Positions 29,072-37,025 of a stretch of DNA of 49,982 nucleotides are shown here, in pieces. The notes under the pieces are model-generated. The model saw nothing but the letters and a program-made list of their open reading frames with translations, ran no database searches and was not told the origin of the DNA. This DNA is from a virus (Duplodnaviria > Caudoviricetes). The DNA lies in IMG/VR virus record IMGVR_UViG_3300037461_000662, positions 1-49,982 of that record. One strand, given 5' to 3'. How positions within the stretch are numbered: the stretch's first letter is position 1; the number at the start of each line of letters is the position of its first letter. The translations under genes and the position numbers were made by a program.

Positions 29072-29655
29072 CTTGTCACCTCGGAGAAGATCATGTGCGA
29101 ATTATGGAAACGGTACTCATGCCGTACGCGCGAGACGGCGGCGACCTCGGCGATCCACCACGACGCCGGCTGCACGACGTGGTGCAGGTCCACGCGCTCG
29201 TTGTTGATGACGCGCGTGGCGTGATTCAGGCCGACGGTGATGCAGATCCATTTCCGCGTGATACGCGCGAGCTCGCGCAACGCGGCGCGCACCTCCTCCG
29301 GCGAGAACAGGTGCTCGAGTACGTCGTTGCTGACGACCGCGTCCCAGCTCGCTTCCGGTAGCGTCCCGAGCTGCGAGTAGAAGAGCCGCCGCACCGGGAT
29401 CTTGCGCGGCTCGAGCACGTTCTCGATCTCCCACGCGCTCGCCTCGGTCCCCTCGATGACGTAGCCGCTATCGCGCAGCAGCGAGAGCAGGAACCCGCGT
29501 CCGCACGAGCAGTCGAGCACCGACGAGCCAGGCGGCATTTGTAGCGTCAGCCAGGTGTGGAGCTCAACGGCGCGGCCGAGGTCTATCGGGTGCGTGCCGT
29601 AGCCGCAATTGGACTGCAGGTATTCGTAGTACGCAACGAACTCCTCGTGTTTCAT
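29068..29655 (-). CDS. Class I SAM-dependent methyltransferase C
   Basis: Motifs VLDCSCGRG, WDAVVSNDVLEHL, LHHVVQP..WW. Confidence 0.88.
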   Translation of the reverse strand: MKHEEFVAYYEYLQSNCGYGTHPIDLGRAVELHTWLTLQMPPGSSVLDCSCGRGFLLSLLRDSGYVIEGTEASAWEIENVLEPRKIPVRRLFYSQLGTLPEASWDAVVSNDVLEHLFSPEEVRAALRELARITRKWICITVGLNHATRVINNERVDLHHVVQPASWWIAEVAAVSRVRHEYRFHNSHMIFSEVTR

Positions 29656-30407
29656 CCTCTCTCCTCCAAAGCCTCGTCTATCGTGCATACCGGCCACGCC
29701 GTCAGAGTCGTCCGTGGACTGGCGCAGACGACGCGCGGCGCCGTCTGGTCCCATGCGCGCGCTCGCGTCTCGAAGTAGCCGCGTAGGCGCAGCATGTCGG
29801 CATTCCACGCGAGGTGCTCTTCGCGCACGATCCGGTCATCGAGCGCGTGGTCGGTATCGCGCGGTTGCTGCGTCTGGTGCGCGCTGCCGTCGGCGTAGTT
29901 GACGTACTTCCCGTCGGCGGTCTTCTCGGCGAGGTGGTAGCCATCCACGCCGAGCAGGTAGATATCGTGTGCGCCGAGCTTCCACGCCAGCATAATGCCG
30001 GCGGTCGCCACGGTGCGCTCGACGTAGAGCTGATCGTTGTTCCTCGGGATGTCGCCGAGGTTGTCGGCGCAGCGTGAGAACGTGCGGATCTTGTCGAGGT
30101 GCTTCCACTTGATCGCCTTCGCCTCGCGCGCGACCTGCTCTTGCACGACGATGGTCGTGCGGTCTTGGTAGTCGTGCTTCCAGTACCGCGTGCGTATCGA
30201 GGCGTCCGAGTACAGGTGGTACGACGGCGCGAAATAGAGCACGGCATTGTTGAGCGCGATGGTGTACTTGGTGTCGAGCCGCGACCAGTCGAACCCGCGC
30301 AACGATGTGCCGGTGCCGACGACGTAGACGGCGTAGCCTTCGAGCCGCTTGTAGTGCTCGTAGATCGACGGCGCGGCGTGCTCGGTAGGTGGCGATACGA
30401 CCCTCAC
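29652..30407 (-). CDS. Maf / MptE-like putative nonulosonate transferase 2
   Basis: Motifs VYVVGTGTSL.GFD, TIALNNA, TVATAGIMLAWKLGA.DIYLLGVDG. Confidence 0.75.
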   Translation of the reverse strand: MRVVSPPTEHAAPSIYEHYKRLEGYAVYVVGTGTSLRGFDWSRLDTKYTIALNNAVLYFAPSYHLYSDASIRTRYWKHDYQDRTTIVVQEQVAREAKAIKWKHLDKIRTFSRCADNLGDIPRNNDQLYVERTVATAGIMLAWKLGAHDIYLLGVDGYHLAEKTADGKYVNYADGSAHQTQQPRDTDHALDDRIVREEHLAWNADMLRLRGYFETRARAWDQTAPRVVCASPRTTLTAWPVCTIDEALEERG

Positions 30408-30742
30408 TTGTGCACAACGCCTCCGGTTCCTGCGATCTTCGCATCAGCGAGATCGAGCGCGGCGCGCAGCGTCTCCGGCGCATCGGTGGCGAGCTCGGTC
30501 ACGAGCCGTGCCTGCGCCTTCGCGGCGTCCGCCTCGAGTTCGACGACCTGGTTTGCGAGCCACTGGCCGTACGCGGTGCGAATGTATTCAGCGCCGCCGC
30601 CGTTGACGATCCACTCGGTAAAGAGCCGGTGCTTCGTCAGCGTCAGAAGCGCGTCCACGTCGGGCACGCGCTCGGCCTTGAGCGCCTCGGCGCGCTCGTG
30701 GAACACGAGCACCTGGCGCATCGTCCTGTGCATGTCTGCCAT
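30404..30742 (-). CDS. Hypothetical helical protein
   Basis: RBS AGGAG; GTGA overlap with the downstream gene. Confidence 0.6.
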   Translation of the reverse strand: MADMHRTMRQVLVFHERAEALKAERVPDVDALLTLTKHRLFTEWIVNGGGAEYIRTAYGQWLANQVVELEADAAKAQARLVTELATDAPETLRAALDLADAKIAGTGGVVHK

Positions 30743-30751
30743 ATGGAACTC

Positions 30752-30982
30752 CTATTGCTCTCCAGCGTCCGCGTCGTAGCGCGCGTACGCGATATGCTCT
30801 GCCTCGCGGCTGTGTGCGCACTCGACGGCTACCGAGAGCGTGCGAACCACAGCGGTGAGTTGCGTGTACCAGTCGAGTATCTTGACACCGAGCGCGTCTG
30901 TTGGCGCAATGGTCTCGCCAATTGAATCTTCTAGCGTCTGCAGATCCTTGAGCGCGTCGCGCACCATGTGCCACTGCCGCAT
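30752..30982 (-). CDS. Hypothetical protein
   Basis: ORF co-oriented within the operon; start uncertain. Confidence 0.5.
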   Translation of the reverse strand: MRQWHMVRDALKDLQTLEDSIGETIAPTDALGVKILDWYTQLTAVVRTLSVAVECAHSREAEHIAYARYDADAGEQ

Positions 30983-30987
30983 CGCCA

Positions 30988-31785
30988 CTATGGCACCTCG
31001 CCTAAAGCGGCACGAGCGCGCGCGCTGAGCGACGGGGCGTAGCACCGCTTGTTACTCTCGTATCGCTCGAGCGCGGCCTTGGCGGCGCGTATAACGTCTT
31101 CGGCGCGACGCTGCTCGACGAACGATCTGTAGCGTATCGGGCCGGCGAAGACCGCCTCGCCGCGCTCGCGGCAGTTGGGCGAGCAGTAGTCAGCGGTTCC
31201 AGGCCATGGACCAAGGAACATCGGCTCGTGGCACCAACCGCAGCGCGTAGCGTTGGCGTGTTTCGACAGGGCGGAGAACCGCGGTTTGTTTTTGTATCGC
31301 TGCCCGGTAGATACGTACGGCGGCCATGGATACGGCACGAACAGCAGCGGCTGGTAGTATCCGCGTGGCCGCGTGATGGCGCACTGGTGCGAGCAGAAGC
31401 GATTCGCGTGATGTCGCGATAGTGCGTAATGCGGCTCTTGCCAGAATTCAGCACCGCACGCCGGGCATCGAAGGCGCCAATGGGTATCCTGTGCGATGCT
31501 TGTGCACTGACGCGAGCAGAACTTTTTTACCTCGCCGACGAAGCGTCGCCGGCACGGCTTGCCGCATGTTCTGCAAAAGTAGAGGCGGCTGTCACGCAGG
31601 ACGACGAAGAGAGACGCGCGCCGACGCGAGGCCGTTGTCGCCGCTTGAAGTGGGGTGAGTGATGCCGGCGAGAAGGAACCGCCGGCCACGGGGTGAGATT
31701 GAAAGGATGAGTTGGTATGCCGCGACGTGGTCCGCGCGGCGCGCGCCGCTCGTAGTCGGTTGCGTTGTCGTTGCAGCAGTAGCAT
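30988..31785 (-). CDS. Protein with three CxxC...(F/Y)CSxxC zinc-binding repeats
   Basis: CRTCGK..FCSRQC, CPACG..FCSHQC, CGWC..YCSPNC; start uncertain. Confidence 0.6.
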   Translation of the reverse strand: MLLLQRQRNRLRAARAARTTSRHTNSSFQSHPVAGGSFSPASLTPLQAATTASRRRASLFVVLRDSRLYFCRTCGKPCRRRFVGEVKKFCSRQCTSIAQDTHWRLRCPACGAEFWQEPHYALSRHHANRFCSHQCAITRPRGYYQPLLFVPYPWPPYVSTGQRYKNKPRFSALSKHANATRCGWCHEPMFLGPWPGTADYCSPNCRERGEAVFAGPIRYRSFVEQRRAEDVIRAAKAALERYESNKRCYAPSLSARARAALGEVP

Positions 31786-31808
31786 CCTTTTCTTCACCTC
31801 CACATCCG

Positions 31809-31817
31809 ATTATACCA
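31809..31817 (-). promoter_or_regulatory. Extended -10 promoter element TGGTATAAT
   Basis: Perfect TATAAT with a TGn extension in a GC-rich genome; intergenic, just upstream of a GGAGGTG RBS. Confidence 0.6.
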
Positions 31818-31861
31818 ACATGCCGGGGGCATCTACATTGGATCGAAGTAGTCTCCGCGCC

Positions 31862-32887
31862 TCATGCGTTCTCCTCCAGATACGTCTGTGCCGGCGGCGT
31901 TGTTCCAGACACGTTCGTTCCATCCCCGCTCGTCTTCGTCTCGCACGTCACGATTGGCCACGGCGGCAGCGGGGTCGGCACCTGGATCGGCGGAAACACG
32001 GGCTGGTCCCATTTGTGCTGCGTGATATACAGCGTCATCTCCTCCCGGACGATCTTGCGTATACCCTCCAGCAGCACCGTGCGTTCAGCCTCCTCTCCCT
32101 CGGGGCAGGTCATGCGGGCCTCGGCGAGCACATCGTACAGCGCCTTGCGGTGCTCCTCGCGCAGGTCTTCGATATCGCGCTTGGTAGCGACGAACTTGGC
32201 GATGTCTCCGCGCAGCTCGTCGATCTTGTCCGACAGGCCCTTATATGTCGCGTCCACCTGCTCCTTGAGGTCCATTTCCACGCCCGCGAGCTGCTCGCCA
32301 AGGGTGAAGATGTTCGCGTCCTGCTTCGCGTCATGGTCACGCAGCGCTTGGAACGAAGAACACAGATCGTCCTCGATGTGCTTGAGAGTAGCCGCAACCG
32401 TCTGCACGTCCTGCCGCATGGCGTACTGCGGCCCCTCGACGTACTCTACCGCTCCTGGGTCTACTCGCGGAAGCGGCTTCTCCGGCGGCTTGTTGTGGTG
32501 CCGTCGCTTCCAATCGCACGTTCCATCTTCCATATAGTGACAGCAATAAGTTGAGCGGAACTCATCGCCTTCAACACAGCCACGGCATGGCTTCTCGCTC
32601 CCGACTGCACACGCGAACTCCTGCGGTTTCTCCGGCGCGGGCTTGGGCTTGTCTGGATCGCACTTGGCGCATCGGAATCCCTTATCGCCATCGTATGCGT
32701 AGATGTGGCTCTCCCCGGCGTGGTTACACTTCTCCTGATTGGGCTTGGGCGCTTCTCTCTTCTCCACGTCGGTCATCCGTTTTGCCAATTCCACGTACCC
32801 ATGCGCGCATGTCTTGCTCTGATCGTCCAGCCGGTTCTCCAGCAACCGCACGCGCTCGTCCATTCGTGTCAACTCATCGCAAATCAT
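31862..32887 (-). CDS. Cys-rich / coiled-coil hypothetical protein
   Basis: 341-aa ORF with RBS AAGGAG; Cys clusters followed by a heptad region. Confidence 0.6.
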   Translation of the reverse strand: MICDELTRMDERVRLLENRLDDQSKTCAHGYVELAKRMTDVEKREAPKPNQEKCNHAGESHIYAYDGDKGFRCAKCDPDKPKPAPEKPQEFACAVGSEKPCRGCVEGDEFRSTYCCHYMEDGTCDWKRRHHNKPPEKPLPRVDPGAVEYVEGPQYAMRQDVQTVAATLKHIEDDLCSSFQALRDHDAKQDANIFTLGEQLAGVEMDLKEQVDATYKGLSDKIDELRGDIAKFVATKRDIEDLREEHRKALYDVLAEARMTCPEGEEAERTVLLEGIRKIVREEMTLYITQHKWDQPVFPPIQVPTPLPPWPIVTCETKTSGDGTNVSGTTPPAQTYLEENA

Positions 32888-33093
32888 CGCTTCTTCTCCT
32901 TCTTTATCATCTGTTCAATCGCTCTTCTGGCCTTCATGTTCATGCACGAGCCATCGGCGCATAGGTCCACGCAACCGTCTGCTCTCCACTGCGGTTTCAC
33001 CCGGTAGCCGCATTCGTGCCCGTACAACGCCCTCCCGCACATCCACTGCGTTGTCGTCACGATAAGGCATTGGGAAACCTTCTTCTTCGTCAT
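32884..33093 (-). CDS. Small Cys-rich protein, paralog family X
   Basis: KKVSQC.I.TTT.W.C...C; ATGA overlaps. Confidence 0.6.
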   Translation of the reverse strand: MTKKKVSQCLIVTTTQWMCGRALYGHECGYRVKPQWRADGCVDLCADGSCMNMKARRAIEQMIKKEKKR

Positions 33094-33305
33094 CGCCGTT
33101 TCCTGCTTTCTTTTCTTGCGGCCCTCTGTGCAGCCCGCAGGGTGCATACCTTTTTGCCATCGCACGTCCCGAGGTGAATACATGTATACCCGCAGAACTG
33201 TTGGCACTCCGAATACCATCCGCACTCCGTCTGCCCGCGTCCGAAGTCACAGTGATAGATCACCTGCACCTCTACGCGGCACGCGCTACGCTTTCGCTTT
33301 GCCAT
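33090..33305 (-). CDS. Small Cys-rich protein, paralog family X
   Basis: KRSAC.V....YHC...CGW...CT..AAQRAA. Confidence 0.6.
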   Translation of the reverse strand: MAKRKRSACRVEVQVIYHCDFGRGQTECGWYSECQQFCGYTCIHLGTCDGKKVCTLRAAQRAARKESRKRR

Positions 33306-33492
33306 GCTTACACCTTCCGTTGCCTGTGGTTTGTATCTGCTCCCACGGGCCAACCACGATAGCTCTACGATAGAGCTTGTAATAATCCTGATTGTGGTTC
33401 GCGGCCATAGCGTCTTCGATAGACGCAAAATCAATGCTGTGGAAGTCGTTGTACCTCCACTGATAAACATACGTAGTCTCGCTATTTCCCAC
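33286..33492 (-). CDS. Small hypothetical protein (YR..VGPW motif)
   Basis: RBS GGAG; motif shared with 33482..33667. Confidence 0.5.
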   Translation of the reverse strand: MGNSETTYVYQWRYNDFHSIDFASIEDAMAANHNQDYYKLYRRAIVVGPWEQIQTTGNGRCKHGKAKA

Positions 33493-33667
33493 GTTTCCGC
33501 TCCTCCCTCCACGGTCCTACCTCTCGGTAACATAACGTCCAGTCCGCAATGCAGTCGTCCAAAAATCTCTCGGAATCTATCGCCTCTTTCTTCGTCATCG
33601 GCATTGACCTCACAACGCTACCGCCGTTGTTCCCGCACCAAGCCCATTCACGCCTTCGCTTTGCCAC
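33482..33667 (-). CDS. Small hypothetical protein (YREVGPW motif)
   Basis: GTG start after GGAGAGG. Confidence 0.5.
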   Translation of the reverse strand: MAKRRREWAWCGNNGGSVVRSMPMTKKEAIDSERFLDDCIADWTLCYREVGPWREERKRGK

Positions 33668-33786
33668 GCTTCCTCTCCTTTTTGCACGGCGGTATGTACT
33701 CAGGCCAGTATGTCCCCAGATCGGTAGTATACTCGCGCATCTCACCGCAGCGCGTACAGAATACCCGACCGGGCTCGCGCTTCCAC

Positions 33787-33996
33787 CTATGACTTAGATT
33801 TACCACGATTATTCCTTGTCTGCAGTATCGCGGAACGCTGCGCAGGACCGAATGTACATTGTCCGATAAGACAGTAATCGCACAAAATGTACGGCGCTAC
33901 GGACTTCTGTCTGAACCATGAGCACGATTTTCCGTACATGTAGTTGCACTGGTACGTCGTCGTCGTGTGGATCGCGCACGCGCTAACCTTTCGCAC
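33787..33996 (-). CDS. Small Cys-rich protein, paralog family X
   Basis: RKVSAC.I.TTTTYQC...CSW...CT..PAQRSAI; RBS AGGAGG. Confidence 0.6.
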   Translation of the reverse strand: MRKVSACAIHTTTTYQCNYMYGKSCSWFRQKSVAPYILCDYCLIGQCTFGPAQRSAILQTRNNRGKSKS

Positions 33997-34109
33997 GTTT
34001 CCTCCTGCAATATTGGTCTAACCTCCCGACAATTTGCCACAGCACACAGACCTCATGCTCTATTCGCCGTAGCTGCTCGTCGACCTCTTTGATTGCCTCC
34101 GACGGAACC

Positions 34110-34304
34110 TCAAAGATCACTGTTTTCTTTCCCATTGTCGTCCTCAATTTCGTATCTCATCTCCACGATAAACCGCGTCCCGCACTCAGAGCACGTAGCC
34201 TCGACCCTATATCCAGGCAGTATCGGCTCTGCGATATAGACTTCTACGATTGCGTCGCAGCACGGGCACCCAAAATCGATGGCCACGTACACATCGCTGC
34301 TCAC
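34110..34304 (-). CDS. Zinc-ribbon protein
   Basis: Cys pairs CPCC and CSEC; RBS GGAGG. Confidence 0.6.
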   Translation of the reverse strand: MSSDVYVAIDFGCPCCDAIVEVYIAEPILPGYRVEATCSECGTRFIVEMRYEIEDDNGKENSDL

Positions 34305-34534
34305 GCCTTCACCTCCCCGCCCGTGAGGGCGGCTTCGTTCTCTCGCACCTGCTCTTGCGCCTGCGCGTAGTGATCTCCCGAGATACGGCGTAGCAGTTCC
34401 GTCGAATCATCTATACACTCCCGTAGTGCCGCTATCTCTTCCCGCAGCCGCGCGACCTCCGCGCGCAGGCATGCAACGTCGTGCTCTAGTCCTTGGCAAT
34501 AAACATCCATTGCTTGCTTACCGAGTCTGGACAT
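34301..34534 (-). CDS. Coiled-coil protein (paralog of 35478..35732)
   Basis: MSRLGKQA, LRAEVARLRE. Confidence 0.6.
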   Translation of the reverse strand: MSRLGKQAMDVYCQGLEHDVACLRAEVARLREEIAALRECIDDSTELLRRISGDHYAQAQEQVRENEAALTGGEVKA

Positions 34535-34841
34535 TTGCATCTCCTTTGTCACGCAACAGCTTAATCTGTTCGTCTACTGTCTCTCGATCTCTCGCCGAGC
34601 CAGAGATGCAGCAGCGTCCATCTGGTCCACACAGCACGGCCGAGAGACGCGATGCTGCGTCGATGCAAGCCGCGCGCAGGGCGGCAAGCTCGCGGTCGTA
34701 GCAGTCTCTATTACGGTCTCGTCCAACCGTGCCGCACTCCCAGACATCGCACGCCGGGAACTTAGCCGCTCCGCACCACGGGCAGTTCGGTTTCTCCCCG
34801 CGTTGCAGCGCGGCGAGGGTATCTTGCAGTTTGTCACTCAT
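34518..34841 (-). CDS. Cys-rich protein (paralog of 35716..36075)
   Basis: DTLAALQRGEKPNCP.CGA ... IKLLRDKGDANVQT. Confidence 0.65.
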   Translation of the reverse strand: MSDKLQDTLAALQRGEKPNCPWCGAAKFPACDVWECGTVGRDRNRDCYDRELAALRAACIDAASRLSAVLCGPDGRCCISGSARDRETVDEQIKLLRDKGDANVQTR

Positions 34842-35485
34842 GCTTCTCCTCTCAGATATTCCATCAGCCTCGCGGTCTGCCATGTACACTCGGCGTCCCT
34901 GGAGGCGTGCCAGGCGGCGGCCCAGGCGGCCCTGGCGGCGGCATCGGCGGCGTCCCAGGCGGCGGCCCAGGCGGCGGCCCAGGCGGCGTCCCAGGCTGCG
35001 GCCCTGGCGGCGTCACAGGCGGCGGCGGCCCTGGCGGCGGCCCCGGCGGCGTCCCTGGCGGCGGAATCGATTTCTCCGCGCGCATATTTTCTCGCCGCCT
35101 CGATGGCCTCGCGTGGTCGCATGTCGGTGGGATGTTTCTCCTCCCAAATCGGCAGTACACGCTCTGCGCAGTCCGCCGCGAAAAGCCTCGCCGTGCGCTC
35201 ATTCCACGCTTCGCAGCGCGCGAGTAGCCGCGCTTCCGACACGACGATCTTCTCCTCGGCGTCGATGCGTTCTCCGCGCACCTCGGCCTCGTAGATCGCG
35301 GGCCCGATCCACCGCACCAGGTCGCCCTCGCGGCACAGGTGGTATCCGCGCTTGCACGGTTCGATGTCCGCGATGGGCGGCATCCACTCCCCCGGCAGTC
35401 CGTCGTGCGGCAGTGACCATGCTCCGGTCCCGCCGTGGAATGCGCGGCCGTCGGTGTCCAACACCTTGTAGAGTTTCTCACTCAT
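34838..35485 (-). CDS. Phage protein with an Imm5-like FAADCAERVL domain and AAAW/AAAR repeats
   Basis: Motifs PCKRGYH.C, RLFAADCAERVLPIWE...DMRPREAIEAAR; Ala-rich tetrapeptide repeats. Confidence 0.7.
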   Translation of the reverse strand: MSEKLYKVLDTDGRAFHGGTGAWSLPHDGLPGEWMPPIADIEPCKRGYHLCREGDLVRWIGPAIYEAEVRGERIDAEEKIVVSEARLLARCEAWNERTARLFAADCAERVLPIWEEKHPTDMRPREAIEAARKYARGEIDSAARDAAGAAARAAAACDAARAAAWDAAWAAAWAAAWDAADAAARAAWAAAWHASRDAECTWQTARLMEYLRGEA

Positions 35486-35732
35486 GCTTCTCCTCCCCTC
35501 CGGCAAGTGTACGCTCCTCGCCATTTTTCGTGATGCACTTTCCATCTACCAGCAACGATAATGCGTATAGTGGTTCGTGGTCCATAAGTACGGTCCAGCC
35601 CAACGATCCGGGATGGTTGTAGACAATCTCTCGCATGAACATGCGCGCAGCCTCGCGCAGTCGCGCGACCTCCGCGCGCAGCTGATCGCGTTCCTTCACA
35701 ACGGCAATGGCTTGCCTACCAAGTTTGGACAT
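35478..35732 (-). CDS. Coiled-coil protein (paralog of 34301..34534)
   Basis: MSKLGRQA, LRAEVARLRE. Confidence 0.6.
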   Translation of the reverse strand: MSKLGRQAIAVVKERDQLRAEVARLREAARMFMREIVYNHPGSLGWTVLMDHEPLYALSLLVDGKCITKNGEERTLAGGEEKHE

Positions 35733-36075
35733 TGGCATCTCCTTTGTCACGCAACAGCTTAATCTGTTTGTCTACTATCTCTCGATCTCTCTCCGAGCCA
35801 CCGATGCAGCAGAGCCCATCTGATCCGCACAGCACATCCGAGAGACACGATGCCGCGTCGAGGCAAACTGCACGCAGGGCGTCAAGCTCCCGCTCGTAGC
35901 ATGGATACGTACGCCAGAGGTGACCTACTGTGGCCATGGTGTTGCATCCCCATAAATACCATGGGTTGCCTGTATCTGTTGTGCGGCCGTTATATTCCGC
36001 TCCGCATCCTGGGCAGTTTGGTTTCTCGCCCCGTTGCAGCGCCGCGAGGGTGTCGGTCAAGCGAGAGTTAGTCAC
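35716..36075 (-). CDS. Cys-rich protein (paralog of 34518..34841)
   Basis: DTLAALQRGEKPNCP.CGA ... IKLLRDKGDANVQT. Confidence 0.65.
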   Translation of the reverse strand: MTNSRLTDTLAALQRGEKPNCPGCGAEYNGRTTDTGNPWYLWGCNTMATVGHLWRTYPCYERELDALRAVCLDAASCLSDVLCGSDGLCCIGGSERDREIVDKQIKLLRDKGDANVQTW

Positions 36076-36341
36076 AGTTCGACTCCCTTCCGCAGTATGC
36101 CGATATCGCCTTCCAAGAATTCCTCAAAGTCGTAACCGCGCTCCTTGAACAGCTTCCGAAATTCCTCGCTCTTCTCGTACTCATTACACTCGCGGCACAC
36201 GTAGATTGTGTACGCCTCGCCGTCCGCAACGTTCGTGCTCGCCAAGCACACCGTGGCTCTCGGGAGTAGCTTCCGGCAGCCCCAGCACCGATGCGGCTTG
36301 CGCGTCACGACAAGTTTCTCACGCAGAAATGTCGCACTCAT
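36072..36341 (-). CDS. Small zinc-binding phage protein
   Basis: TRKPHRCWGC ... YVCREC. Confidence 0.65.
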   Translation of the reverse strand: MSATFLREKLVVTRKPHRCWGCRKLLPRATVCLASTNVADGEAYTIYVCRECNEYEKSEEFRKLFKERGYDFEEFLEGDIGILRKGVEL

Positions 36342-36528
36342 GCTTCTCCTCCCCGAGCGCCTTGCTGACTTGGCACAGATTACGCATCTTCTGCATTAGC
36401 AGTTCTTGCGAATCTGGCTGCCATTGCCCATCCGCTCCTTTCGTTGCCCCACAATACCAGCATTTTCCGTCTCCCTTGATGTCAGCGTGATTGCAGGGGC
36501 CTACTCCGTCATTCGTCAGCTGTGGCAT
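36319..36528 (-). CDS. Small Cys/His protein
   Basis: CNH...CWYCG; RBS GGAG. Confidence 0.55.
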   Translation of the reverse strand: MPQLTNDGVGPCNHADIKGDGKCWYCGATKGADGQWQPDSQELLMQKMRNLCQVSKALGEEKHECDISA

Positions 36529-36844
36529 CGTTCTTCTCCTCCCCGAGCGCCTTGCGGGCGAGCTGTACCGTGTCGGTTTCCATGTCCATACTTATAGCGA
36601 CAGCAACAATCCTACGCAGCGCATCCGTCGCCGCCGCCCATCTCTCCACAGGCACGAGCACGTAGCGGCCGGGCACGCAGCGCGGGCCGGGCACGCAGCA
36701 GTCTGGGAACATCTGGTCCACATCATACACCGCAAGGCTCAGCCTGCATCCGTACTGGCTGCCAATTTGCCCGAGTAACGCACACCGAGTGTCACAGTTT
36801 CCGCAACTATCAGGCTCCGGCATCACGATCTCAATCGGCGTCAT
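36509..36844 (-). CDS. Cys-rich hypothetical protein
   Basis: MPEPDSCGNC, PGPRCVPG; RBS GGAGG. Confidence 0.55.
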   Translation of the reverse strand: MTPIEIVMPEPDSCGNCDTRCALLGQIGSQYGCRLSLAVYDVDQMFPDCCVPGPRCVPGRYVLVPVERWAAATDALRRIVAVAISMDMETDTVQLARKALGEEKNDATADE

Positions 36845-37022
36845 GCGTCCTCCATTCTCCGACATTGCGTATTTCCAGACGATACCTGATTTCAGCGCCG
36901 TATCCTCCGGTGATGAAAAACGAGTGATCTTTCGCGGCTTCCTTGACCTTATCTTCAGTTTCCCCGACGAACACATCTCCGTCTTCGCACACTGCGCGCC
37001 ACTCGATGCGGTCTTCACTCAT
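36831..37022 (-). CDS. Small hypothetical protein
   Basis: Starts just after the Ser-repeat gene; overlaps the next gene. Confidence 0.55.
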   Translation of the reverse strand: MSEDRIEWRAVCEDGDVFVGETEDKVKEAAKDHSFFITGGYGAEIRYRLEIRNVGEWRTHDAD

Positions 37023-37025
37023 ACG

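Noticed and set aside
27897-29655. DNA methyltransferases or a restriction-modification system
   Set aside because: No DPPY/NPPY or PC catalytic motifs and no nuclease partner; the context is glycosyltransferases.
34880-35065. GGCGGC-rich repeats as a DNA element
   Set aside because: They are explained by the Ala-rich AAAW/AAAR tetrapeptide repeats of the - strand protein.
34500-35900. DGR template/variable repeat pair
   Set aside because: Differences between the copies involve all bases rather than adenines only, and no reverse transcriptase is present.
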